In this document: piece after piece, positions 1 through 11,200 of the stretch
How the letters are laid out: each line of letters opens with the position of its first letter
Numbering within the stretch: the stretch's first letter is position 1
Sequence record: OP310983.1
DNA: 64,000 nucleotides
Strand: one strand, 5' to 3'
Notes under the pieces: model-generated
Seen by the model: only the letters and a program-made list of their open reading frames with translations
The model's database searches: none
What the model was told of the DNA's origin: nothing
Made by a program: the position numbers and the translations under genes

Positions 1-2
1 AC

Positions 3-182
3 TCAACTGCAATCGTAAGTTTAACTGCTATTGGACTATTAGCTCTTAAAGTAACATCTGATCATAATCAAGTTATTAACCAAATGAATGTTATTAAGAA
101 ATCAATTGGTAATATTGAGCTACCACCTGTTGAAGTAATCGTAAATACAGTTGGTGATGTATTAGATATCGATTTGTATTAA
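3..182 (+). CDS. 3' end of a hypothetical protein (truncated by window start)
   Basis: Open frame from base 3 (STAIVSLTAIGLLALK...DVLDIDLY) to TAA 180-182, followed by a terminator. Confidence 0.65.
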   Translation, partial: STAIVSLTAIGLLALKVTSDHNQVINQMNVIKKSIGNIELPPVEVIVNTVGDVLDIDLY

Positions 183-191
183 GTGCATAAC

Positions 192-212
192 GCCCTCCCA
201 TTACGGGAGGGC
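192..212. terminator. Bidirectional hairpin terminator between convergent genes
   Basis: GCCCTCCC-ATTAC-GGGAGGGC; identical to 4700-4720. Confidence 0.8.
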
Positions 213-227
213 TATATGTCGTTAATA

Positions 228-743
228 TCAATCGTTTTCTAATTCTTTTTCTCGTGCAGCATCCATCCGCTCCATAAATGCATTGGATTCCTCCATGATG
301 ATACCGATTTCAGTTTCACCTTCTTCAATAGTGTAATTCTCAAATTCCTCATCAGGAATATCTGGAATCTCACGTGGTGTTGCAGGGACATCATTCGGAT
401 CACGTATTAATGGATTACGGTTCATTTGCATCTTAACGAATTCAGCAAAGCCTTCAGCAAGTTCACGGTTAGAGCGTGCACCCTCAGAATCAACTTGAAT
501 ACGACGGTTAGCAATTGTTGTCTTATCCATTGAATCTGTTAATTTAAGAATCATATCAACTGATTCTTTATCAGTAGGTACTTTACCAGTTGTATTTTCT
601 AATACAGCTTTTAGTACTTTCTCTTTAACTGATTGTGTATACCGTATCTGCTGCTCATATTCTAGATCAGCATATACCTTTTCTTCTGTAGTTGATGATT
701 TCTTTTCTAAAGGCTCATCAGATAAATCTGCACCATGGAACAT
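228..743 (-). CDS. Acidic hypothetical protein (phiKZ gp169-like by position)
   Basis: 171 aa ORF, GGA(GGA) SD upstream, terminator downstream. Confidence 0.8.
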   Translation of the reverse strand: MFHGADLSDEPLEKKSSTTEEKVYADLEYEQQIRYTQSVKEKVLKAVLENTTGKVPTDKESVDMILKLTDSMDKTTIANRRIQVDSEGARSNRELAEGFAEFVKMQMNRNPLIRDPNDVPATPREIPDIPDEEFENYTIEEGETEIGIIMEESNAFMERMDAAREKELEND

Positions 744-787
744 TTTATTATCCTCTAATTAGTAATAGTAATACCTAACATACTTAC

Positions 788-793
788 CATATG
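788..793. promoter_or_regulatory. Possible bidirectional late (TATG-type) promoter
   Basis: CATATG palindrome between divergent ORFs at 743(-) and 823(+); phiKZ late promoters have a TATG core, but a 4-mer is weak evidence. Confidence 0.3.
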
Positions 794-822
794 CTAAGTA
801 TCTGAAAAATAGGTCCTATATC

Positions 823-1347
823 ATGTTTAAGAAACTTATTCAATATTTCCGGGGCTTCCAAAAGGAAGTTGGTAAAGAACAACTTCTAACTGAATTAGAA
901 CGGATAGATAAAGATATTATTTCAGGTGAAGAACGATTAAAAGCTATTAATAATTTCTGGCAATTAATTAATCTGGATGAATTAAAAACTCTGACCATCA
1001 GGAAGATGATAGGTGTTCCTGTCTATCTAAGACATTACAGTATTGGTTATTTATTAGATGCTCTAACTAGGTTAAATGATCATATTGCAAATGAAGATGA
1101 TCTAAAGATTAGTGAAATGTGTCGTACTGAGTTTATCGACAGGAAATCAATTGACCTTGATGAATATTTTATAAACAGTAATGATAGTTTTATTGATGTA
1201 TGTAAATCTATTGAAACTATGCGTGACTTAATTTGGCAACAAACTGAATATCTTGAACAGATTAACCATCAAGCATATCAGCGCCAGATGGATAGAATGT
1301 ACTATGATATTATTGAACTATCAAGAGCAATTATTAAGTTACTATGA
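823..1347 (+). CDS. Hypothetical protein (gp170-like)
   Basis: 174 aa ORF, AGGT SD. Confidence 0.8.
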   Translation: MFKKLIQYFRGFQKEVGKEQLLTELERIDKDIISGEERLKAINNFWQLINLDELKTLTIRKMIGVPVYLRHYSIGYLLDALTRLNDHIANEDDLKISEMCRTEFIDRKSIDLDEYFINSNDSFIDVCKSIETMRDLIWQQTEYLEQINHQAYQRQMDRMYYDIIELSRAIIKLL

Positions 1348-1418
1348 GGTGCAGACTATACAAGTATAAATTAATATAAAGTGTGTTTATTATCAATTCA
1401 CCGTAGGTGTAAAAAAAG

Positions 1419-2180
1419 ATGGAATCTGTAAAAGACTTATTAAGCGATCCTCAAAAAGGATTAAGGCAGGCAGAAGGGGTTTTGTGTTATGTTTTCCGGG
1501 AAGTACTACTGTGGCGTAATATGACACAGTTTGCTTGGGATAAACGTTTGAATGCATACTTTCAAAAACCACATAACAAGAATAACCCAGATAAAGGTAA
1601 TCTTAATAAAGCACTTAAAGCTGATACAATGAGTTGGGATGGCTTTAAGAAAGCTATTGATTTCTTATCACCTGTTAAAGCAACATTAGAGGTACGTCTG
1701 ATTTGGGGTACATCAAAACCTGATTCAGTTTATACGATCAATATCGATCCAACTGAAGATGAGGTAACTTGCTCTGCAAATGATTTCCCCTATGAAGAAT
1801 GTGAAATTTTTAAGAATCAAAAACCAGCTACAACTACAATGGCCCATCTGTATAGGCATATTCTCTGGAAAGAAGGAATTAACCAGGAGAAGTGGGATAA
1901 GCTATGGGAAGAGTTTTTAAATAATCCAGTCAACCTTGTAGGATTGGATAAAAAGAAACTTACCTCATTGGCTAATACACAAAGGCGTGGTTTACTATCG
2001 CCCAATATGTCTTGGAATACATTAAGACGTGGATTCCTACTACTACGGCCTAAAGAGGAGAGATACACTCTTTCTCTACAATGGACTGATGATCCTAATC
2101 TTCGAGATAAACTAGAGGACAGTGTGCATATTGTTCCTGTACCTGATCCTCATTGGGTGGAGCCTAATTCAAATGAATAA
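1419..2180 (+). CDS. Conserved hypothetical protein with internal tandem duplication (gp171-like)
   Basis: 253 aa; two related blocks, each W..K....PxN...MSW....G/A..LL.P....L.L.W. Confidence 0.8.
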   Translation: MESVKDLLSDPQKGLRQAEGVLCYVFREVLLWRNMTQFAWDKRLNAYFQKPHNKNNPDKGNLNKALKADTMSWDGFKKAIDFLSPVKATLEVRLIWGTSKPDSVYTINIDPTEDEVTCSANDFPYEECEIFKNQKPATTTMAHLYRHILWKEGINQEKWDKLWEEFLNNPVNLVGLDKKKLTSLANTQRRGLLSPNMSWNTLRRGFLLLRPKEERYTLSLQWTDDPNLRDKLEDSVHIVPVPDPHWVEPNSNE

Positions 2181-2613
2181 TCCAGAAACCCCATGGGTAC
2201 AAAATAATTATCCTGTAGATAGCATCATTGTAGATCAGAGCGGTAATACACCGCTCCCTGATCTATTTCAGTTTAATGGAAAAGAGAAGAAGACCACACT
2301 TGATAATGAGAATTTCTTTTCATTCAAAGGTCTTCGGATGTATCTCATCACTGGTAAAAAAGAAAAGGCTTTTCTTCAACCAGAGGTTAATTCCCATTAT
2401 AAATTAGACTATGGTTTAAAGTATCAATACGTAGATGGACTTACCAATATCCTTCGTGATACCCTATTATTAAATCTTAATAGTCGACCATTCGTTTTAT
2501 TTAAAGCAAAAAGTTTTGGTCCATTAGTTTTATCAGGAGCAAACCTAACCATTCAAGAAAAAGAATGGTTTGAAATTGTTTGTGATGTTATTAAATCAAT
2601 CAAACAGAGATAA
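2173..2613 (+). CDS. Hypothetical protein
   Basis: ATG 2173 overlaps the upstream stop (ATGAATAA); preferred over the track start at 2122. Confidence 0.7.
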   Translation: MNNPETPWVQNNYPVDSIIVDQSGNTPLPDLFQFNGKEKKTTLDNENFFSFKGLRMYLITGKKEKAFLQPEVNSHYKLDYGLKYQYVDGLTNILRDTLLLNLNSRPFVLFKAKSFGPLVLSGANLTIQEKEWFEIVCDVIKSIKQR

Positions 2614-2617
2614 CTTA

Positions 2618-3544
2618 ATGCATACTGAACATAGCCTTAAAATCAGTAAAAAGATTAACTTCCTTGTGCAAGTAGAAGCACGTATTAATGAACTATATCA
2701 GCAAAGACAAAATATGTCAATTGATCAATTCTCAAAAGAATTTTTCAATGAATCACCTGATGTAGTTAAACAAGCTATCACTGAGCTATATACAACATAT
2801 CCATTCCAAGATGAAACTAATCCAAAACGGCAAAACCTTCGTTTAGCTATATTTATCCACGATAATGATGTTAGTTGGATTAGTTCAATTCTAGGCGTAG
2901 ATGAATTTAATAATGTTTTAAGGCACGCAGATATTTTTTATAATTATGTTAGTAGTTGCGAGACTGTTGTTCAGCGTAATTATTATGCGTCTTTACCAGA
3001 TTACCGTGGCTACATGTATGCTATCTATGAAGAGGCATTCAACCGCGTTGCCCCACTAGTCAATAAGTATTTAGATATTGATGCACATGACAGTGTTTCA
3101 TTTTTAGAAACACCCCATGTTCTACCAAAAAAGAGTGTATCTATTAAAGATATTATTGATCCATTTGGTCCATATAAACCTAATTACTGTATTAGTGATA
3201 TTTATAGTGCACAAGCTACACAAGTAACAGAAAATACATATATCGCAGTTAATACATTTATCCGTACTGAGGTATATGAAAGACTATGTGCTGAAGGCGA
3301 TACTGTAGATAAGATTGTTATTTCAGATAAACAAAGTATTATTAATGATGAGGATTATATTAAACTAGTCCAAGATAAGATTAATGCATTCCATAAAGAA
3401 ATGGTAGATAATGATTTTATACTTTATGCGCCGTTTAATATGTCCAGGTTAATTTATGTAATGAAGGCTAAATATCCGATTAAAGTTACTATTAGTTGTA
3501 AGGGATTCAAGCATATTGGAAAATTTATTGCTTATAAAAAATAG
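2618..3544 (+). CDS. Hypothetical protein
   Basis: ATG 2618 just after the upstream stop; long ORF in the operon. Confidence 0.75.
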   Translation: MHTEHSLKISKKINFLVQVEARINELYQQRQNMSIDQFSKEFFNESPDVVKQAITELYTTYPFQDETNPKRQNLRLAIFIHDNDVSWISSILGVDEFNNVLRHADIFYNYVSSCETVVQRNYYASLPDYRGYMYAIYEEAFNRVAPLVNKYLDIDAHDSVSFLETPHVLPKKSVSIKDIIDPFGPYKPNYCISDIYSAQATQVTENTYIAVNTFIRTEVYERLCAEGDTVDKIVISDKQSIINDEDYIKLVQDKINAFHKEMVDNDFILYAPFNMSRLIYVMKAKYPIKVTISCKGFKHIGKFIAYKK

Positions 3545-3554
3545 TAGTTTTTAA

Positions 3555-4691
<1,137 letters not shown>

Positions 4692-4699
4692 CAGCATAA

Positions 4700-4720
4700 G
4701 CCCTCCCATTACGGGAGGGC
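4700..4720. terminator. Bidirectional hairpin terminator
   Basis: GCCCTCCC-ATTAC-GGGAGGGC between convergent genes, T-run follows. Confidence 0.85.
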
Positions 4721-4740
4721 ATTATGTCTTTTTTTTATTT

Positions 4741-5553
4741 TTAACGCATGAAGCCAGGGCGCCTATGTTTAACTGGTGAAATATCCCAGCCAAGACTTTT
4801 CGCTAGATCTGTCACATTGGTGATATCAGAACATTCAAAACCCATGTTAATTTGACGTTCACGTTCACGCTGTACCTGATATAGAGTATCAGGCGTGATA
4901 ACCATTAATTGATCTTCATAGTTCTCTAATGCAGGGGAATTCCATTTATTAGCACCGTAAATACCACCTTCCCCAACCATATCCCAAGTTGAAATCTCAC
5001 GGGTATATTTGATACCGCGCATAGGATCATCTTGAGTTATTGACCTTACCGAGCAATAAGTATTCTGAGAAGGATTGGTAATAGATGCTTCGAAGTACTT
5101 ACCAAAAGGACCGTATGGTTTGCATTTGCCAAGTACTAGTTTAATAGGAAGACCTTTCTCATCTGTAGAATCAACCAGAATAAGTTCCTTAATATGCGCA
5201 CACACACGATCATCATCGATTTGACGAATTCGCATTAGGTACTCATGTTCATTCATCCGTGTGCCATCTTTACGATAGGGTTCAGGGTGTTTGTATTCCA
5301 TGAATAGAACACCCTTTTTAACACGGCGCATTAAAGGTGAGTCTGGATTAAACATAGATACGCCGGATGCCATTTCATAGAACATACCAGCTGAATTTCG
5401 GGTACCATAAGCTCCTAGTGGAGTTAGATAGTAACCATCCGCATCAGGTACTAATACACCTTTTTTATTAGTACCGGCTAACATATCACTGCCGATAACT
5501 ACTTGGTTATTAGTACGCTGTTGCAAACCAGAAAAATTAGAATATGGTTGCAT
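4741..5553 (-). CDS. Prohead (head maturation) serine protease, phiKZ gp175-like
   Basis: 270 aa; T4 gp21-like motifs EYKHP, CSVRS (Ser168), TWDMV; ALE at residues 208-210 fits a self-cleavage site. Confidence 0.85.
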   Translation of the reverse strand: MQPYSNFSGLQQRTNNQVVIGSDMLAGTNKKGVLVPDADGYYLTPLGAYGTRNSAGMFYEMASGVSMFNPDSPLMRRVKKGVLFMEYKHPEPYRKDGTRMNEHEYLMRIRQIDDDRVCAHIKELILVDSTDEKGLPIKLVLGKCKPYGPFGKYFEASITNPSQNTYCSVRSITQDDPMRGIKYTREISTWDMVGEGGIYGANKWNSPALENYEDQLMVITPDTLYQVQRERERQINMGFECSDITNVTDLAKSLGWDISPVKHRRPGFMR

Positions 5554-5564
5554 AACGCAACTCC

Positions 5565-6293
5565 TTAGGTCCTGAGGAGTTCTTCAATAAGCTCTACTGA
5601 CTCAGATGGGTTAACAAGTGCTGATGTGATACCTTGATCAAAATAAGCCCCATTGAGTTTTGATGTTGTGTCTGAAGTATTCCAGATAACTGAACGGAAT
5701 GGTACGTCGACTGGTGGATTATCCACGATATCACTGTGTCTAGTTAACACATGTCGATATAGTTGTGATATATCATCCGAGGCACGCTGAGTGGTTGAAA
5801 TAATAAGTTGTAATGTAGGCCATCCACCAAGGTTAACACCAGCGTGTAAATTAGCTGTCTCAAATAATTTGGCTTTGTCATAATAGTTAATATACCAAGG
5901 GAAGTTTCCTTTGTTAATTAACTCATCATAGACATAGTAAGTTAATGTATCATTAACAACTAAGTAAGTATTCTGGAAAATCTTACTACCTTTATCAAAA
6001 TGAAATTCTAGATAAACTTCACCATTGATGTGGACGCGTTCAGTAGAGATTGGATTTATCCGCATCATTGCAATGGTATTATTTACTGCGTAATATTCAT
6101 CATTAAAAATAATAGGAAATATACCAATAGTGAATACTTCACTACCAATAACAGCTAGATGTCTTCCTGTAAATCTTTCTGGAATCTGTATTTTACATGG
6201 GGCATTAGTTACTACTGAATTATCTTCTAAATCAGTTAGATGACTGTGGACCCGTTCTGGATCCCGTCGAAGAGAACGTACGTCCATTATCAT
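5565..6293 (-). CDS. Conserved jumbo-phage protein (gp176-like)
   Basis: 242 aa, directly upstream of the protease; synteny. Confidence 0.75.
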   Translation of the reverse strand: MIMDVRSLRRDPERVHSHLTDLEDNSVVTNAPCKIQIPERFTGRHLAVIGSEVFTIGIFPIIFNDEYYAVNNTIAMMRINPISTERVHINGEVYLEFHFDKGSKIFQNTYLVVNDTLTYYVYDELINKGNFPWYINYYDKAKLFETANLHAGVNLGGWPTLQLIISTTQRASDDISQLYRHVLTRHSDIVDNPPVDVPFRSVIWNTSDTTSKLNGAYFDQGITSALVNPSESVELIEELLRT

Positions 6294-6367
6294 GTCCTAA
6301 TTGTTCATTTATGTAAAGATTAAAATACTTAATCAAAATCATGCACCTTTAAATATTCGCTGTATTA

Positions 6368-6393
6368 CTCCGGTATCCTTCCAAATACCGGAG
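6368..6393. terminator. Intergenic hairpin, probable terminator
   Basis: CTCCGGTAT-N8-ATACCGGAG downstream of the gp177-like gene. Confidence 0.55.
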
Positions 6394-6440
6394 TTTATCA
6401 TCGATTGCATGTTTTAATGATTATTAACCATTAAGATAAT

Positions 6441-8000
6441 TTAATTAGAAACTTCTTCTTCGATTTCAACATCATCTAAAGTTTCAGTGCTATCATCTTC
6501 TACAGTTTCAATAACTTCTTTTACTGGTAGTTTTGCATAAGGATCAACAACACCAGTGAACCGCTCAACTTTAATCTGTTGAGACAGCCATGCTGCCATT
6601 AGTGAAATTAGTGATTGTGTATTGAGTTCACGTAGAGTGGCCTCAGGATACATTTGACTAAATTCATCAACTGCTAGCAGATATTGCCAGTAAACATTTT
6701 CTGTAAAGAATGTTTTACAGATAAGTTTACCAAAGGTGATATAAGGATTCTTAAGATCTTCAGTCGTCATCGTACTCATTGCTTCTTTAATACGATATTC
6801 GAGTTCATTAACATGGCGATCTTTAAGTTCAGTATTAATGACACCATCCATAAATGATTCATGAATGTCATTGCGTAGTTTACGTAAACCTTTATCCATA
6901 GCCGATTGTTTAATCAGCGGATATACTGATAGCCAACGTTGAATAAACTGTTCTGAGTTATTAAGAATCTGTTCTAGGTAAATGTTATTACTACCTGCTA
7001 CAGCTGCACCAAGGATAGCTTGGATGTCACCACCGGCTAATTCAAATTGAGGTGCAACATCACCATTAATGATTACTTTGCAACGAGAATTAGCAACTAC
7101 ATTATTAGCTTCTGAGGCTAGGATGAGTAGACCTGCATCACGATCAGCTTGACGACGTTCATAAGCACGCTTGAGATAGAATCCAAACATCTCATGTAGT
7201 TTACGAATAGTTAGTGACCATGTTTCTAGGTCAACATCACTCTCGCCAATAACTTCAACCGGGTTATCGATGTAGTGACCGCAAATCATGTAAGCCAGAG
7301 CTAGTGAATCAACAGTGAATGGGAAGGACCTACCCACAACATATTCAAGTTCACCTGGAATGAGAAGACGACCATCATTGAAGATAGAATTCCACACACC
7401 TTCAATAACAGCGGCACTATTAGGAATAGATAGTAGCCATTCTTCAACTTCAGTTTGATCTAGATGCGGATTACCCATTGACACTAACCGAATAATTTCA
7501 TTAGCATCAATTGATTCTAGAATAAAGGTACGATACTCAGGTAGCGGCTGTAAATTATTGTATCGTGTACTAACGTGTGCAGTTAAGCGGGGATCACTAT
7601 GAACTGCATTATAGTGGCAGAATGTAGCGCTTACATCTGGTTGACAACTAATGCTTTGACGCTCATTAAAAACACGTACCATATATTCAATTGCAGGGCA
7701 AATAACATTCTGCGTATTGAATTGGATCTTTTGTAATGATGAGCAGACATGTGCAATCAGAGCTTCTTGCTCTTCTTCTACACTAACAGGTTGCTCTTGG
7801 TTAGCTTCCTCGAAGAACTCTTCTACAGATGCTTCCAGCTCTTCAGAGAGGGCAACTTTATTAGAGTTGCCATCTACACTGAAACCATCTGCAAAGACCG
7901 CAAGGGGATATGTTTCATTAGGGATAACTAGAACAAGGTTATCCTCAGTTAGACTACGTGCTGAGCCAACAATCGCAGCTTGGGTTTCTTTACAGAACAT
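6441..8000 (-). CDS. Conserved jumbo-phage protein (gp177-like)
   Basis: 519 aa, acidic termini, synteny with the vRNAP genes. Confidence 0.8.
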   Translation of the reverse strand: MFCKETQAAIVGSARSLTEDNLVLVIPNETYPLAVFADGFSVDGNSNKVALSEELEASVEEFFEEANQEQPVSVEEEQEALIAHVCSSLQKIQFNTQNVICPAIEYMVRVFNERQSISCQPDVSATFCHYNAVHSDPRLTAHVSTRYNNLQPLPEYRTFILESIDANEIIRLVSMGNPHLDQTEVEEWLLSIPNSAAVIEGVWNSIFNDGRLLIPGELEYVVGRSFPFTVDSLALAYMICGHYIDNPVEVIGESDVDLETWSLTIRKLHEMFGFYLKRAYERRQADRDAGLLILASEANNVVANSRCKVIINGDVAPQFELAGGDIQAILGAAVAGSNNIYLEQILNNSEQFIQRWLSVYPLIKQSAMDKGLRKLRNDIHESFMDGVINTELKDRHVNELEYRIKEAMSTMTTEDLKNPYITFGKLICKTFFTENVYWQYLLAVDEFSQMYPEATLRELNTQSLISLMAAWLSQQIKVERFTGVVDPYAKLPVKEVIETVEDDSTETLDDVEIEEEVSN

Positions 8001-8011
8001 TTTAACACTCC

Positions 8012-8209
8012 TTAGATATTGAGGTTCTTCATTAAGCGAGCGTTTAAAGCTGCTGCAATATCAGCCTCAGTTAAAAACTCCCCATTCAGAGATGGGGAGC
8101 TGGTGGTGCCACCAAGCGATTGTAGAATTGCTTGAGTACCTAGTTTAACAGCAGCATGAAGAACAGCAATGTTCTGACCATGTGCTACATTATTACTTAG
8201 CTTTTGCAT
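8012..8209 (-). CDS. Small hypothetical protein
   Basis: 65 aa; AGGA SD; overlaps the end of the RNAP beta gene and fills the gap to the gp177-like gene. Confidence 0.6.
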   Translation of the reverse strand: MQKLSNNVAHGQNIAVLHAAVKLGTQAILQSLGGTTSSPSLNGEFLTEADIAAALNARLMKNLNI

Positions 8210-11200
8210 TAGTGTTTCCTCTATATACAGCTACAAGATGTTTTCCAGCTGCCCACAAGATACCAGTTGTTGTAGCAATGATTTTAGGAGATAGAACCAT
8301 TCGTTCTTCTACCGATGTATTACCGAATAGTAGATCAATATTACGGCCATCTTCAGTTTCATTACGTCCAGTCATTACACGGGAGAATACCGTTTTCATC
8401 TGGTTAGCTACTACGCCTTTATCTCCAACACCACATGGGATATCATGATCGATATACACTCGAATAATCATGTGGTCATATTCTAAGGCTCGTCCTTTCA
8501 CTCGATAGTTAGCATCTACTTGTCCAGTGAAAGTAGGTTCTTTCAATGATTTAGCTCGTTCAGCGCGTTGTTTATCTGACGTATTAGCTAATGCTTGTAA
8601 ACTTGGTGTCATATCGTCTATTTCACCATGATAGAAGCATTCAATCTTTGATACTGTACCTACGAGCTTAGCACGTGGCGAATATGCTGATAGTTTGCGT
8701 AATGTCTCAATAGATGCCTCGTCATATAGTGAGTGAGCAGCTGTTTCAGGATCTTCAATTATACATAGAATTGAATTTAAGTCGACATGATCCCCAACTT
8801 TCACCATATCTCGAATAGTCTGATCAAACCTAACATCGATATTCTTGATTGCAGTTGTTTGAGTATTTAACCTTTTAGCTAGGTCTTCAGAAATAACTGA
8901 ACCGTCTTCTAAAGTGTCAAGGTTATCATCAAATGCTACAACAGCCATACAACCGGCTTTCCATAATACTTGCCCAGGCGTATACCTATCTTCAGAGAAA
9001 TAACGTTTGTTATATGTGATAGTATCTCCACGTTTAAACTTATCACCTTTCTTTAATGAGGTAACAAGAATGTGTGGATAGTTAACACCAGCTGCTGTGC
9101 CATGAACTGTACCTAATTGATATCCAAATACATTACCATCGGCATATTTAACTTGGATACCATATTCATCAATAGCTACAACCTCACCATCTTGTTCTGC
9201 TGCTACAGCAAAGATAGAACTAGTCCTTTGGGCTATGATTTGTTCATAGCCTGTACGAACTGGTGTAACTGTATACCCATCAGCATAAATACCTTGCTGC
9301 TGCTGAATTGAGATAAAGTTAATTCGCTTAGGGTCATCATGTTCGGTTGCAACACCAAGCAGTGCACTAGTTGAGAGTAGTCTAGCTGGCCCATCTGTCT
9401 TTGGATCAAACATACGCGTAACACCACGCATGTTTACAAAGTTAGCATCAGGTACTAAGTAAGCAATAACACCAACGTCACCTGAGTCCACAGTTGATTC
9501 ACTAACCACACCAACATCCGCTTCACCGTAAATACGTGTACGTGCAACCATTGAAGTTGGACCGCGTCCACCATCTCCACGATAAGTCATCGCTTCTTGT
9601 TCACGGATATTTGCAATGGGGTTAGAATCTTCAATAGTGGCTACTGTCGGATCTTGTACAATCTTGCGCCAGATCACGTGTGGATCTAACTCGACAGTTT
9701 GCACTGACCCACCATTACGCATATTAAATACACGTACCGCTCTATTGAGTTCATTAAAAATAGCCCCTGCCATGCGCTCATAACCACGATAGCGCATATA
9801 TGCACCATCTACTTCTGCTGGACTCCAGTCGTTCGTTAATAACTCGACAGACCGATAAAGCAATCCTTCAAAAGTAGTTGGTTCACCCATCTCCTTGAGT
9901 AGACCCTCAGTGATTGGATCGACCCATGCTGAGAAGAGTGTATCAATATCACGTGTAAATCTATTACTTAATCCAGCTTCTTCAAGAACCCTGAAGTAAA
10001 CATCTCGTTTATTGAAATCATAAACAGAATAACGCCGCAGTGATTTATGATAACGTTTGAGTCCACTTAATACAAGCATTGCTTTATAATCAGCTCGATC
10101 AAATACTAGGATCTCATCAGCGAACGCTAATGTATAATCCGTACTATTGACAACAATCCTGGTACCACGCTGATGACGCTGATAATTAACATTCAACTTC
10201 TTAAGTAGATTGTTTAAGCCATGGTGATATGCTAAAATGAAACCTAATGGTAGCTCTTTACCACCAATTGACATTAGAATAGCTTCTAACGGCGCTTTGG
10301 TTAGATCTAAGCCAAGTATATCTGTAATGGTGCCAATAGGTTCTAGCTCATTACCTGTTTTCATGTAAAAGATGGAATTCTTATCTAACAAGATAGCATC
10401 AGTGCCATTGAACCCCACCATTATCAAATCATCAGTTTCATAATCTTCGATATGTAATCCTTGTTTTGCAAAGAATTCATTACGATCTTTGAAATTAAAA
10501 TAGAACACATTACGGTGATTATGGAAGCCTTTAAAAGCTGTTCCTAAAGTAGTGTACACCCTTGGTAGAACATAGTTGGATTGATCTAATTCAGCATAGG
10601 TAACTGAATGTACAGACATATCACTTCCATCTAATGCACGGTTGGTAATCGCTCTGATTAACCAATTATCAAAGTTGTTTTCAGCACGTTCAGATCTGGT
10701 CACAAAGGTCTTATTATAATAAGAGGTCAATGCAACTTTACGTGGATTAACTTTACGAATTGGAATATCAGCACGTTGTAAACGTTGGCGATATGTTACC
10801 CCATTAGACATGAACCTACCGTCATTATCAATGACAGGGATACGGAACATTACTTGTGAACTTCTACCACGAATAGGCTTTAATGTAACTTTGTGGATTT
10901 GGTAATGGTTACCAGAATCGCGTACAGTTTCAATTTTGTAATTAGTTACTGATACGCCTTGTTTCTGAACAGATAACACACTGTTTAAAATATCTTTCTT
11001 TAATAAGACCTTGTTGTATTTGCGTTGGATGGCTTTTAACTTACTACCCAACATTGATTTATCAACAATGGTTGGCTTATCTTCAAAAGTGGTGTCTTCT
11101 GGAATCTTAAGATCATCTGGATGATATTCCATCGCCTCAGCGATCGTCATAGGTTCTACTGATTCATCATTAGGATCGGTAAATGGATCAGGTAGACGAC

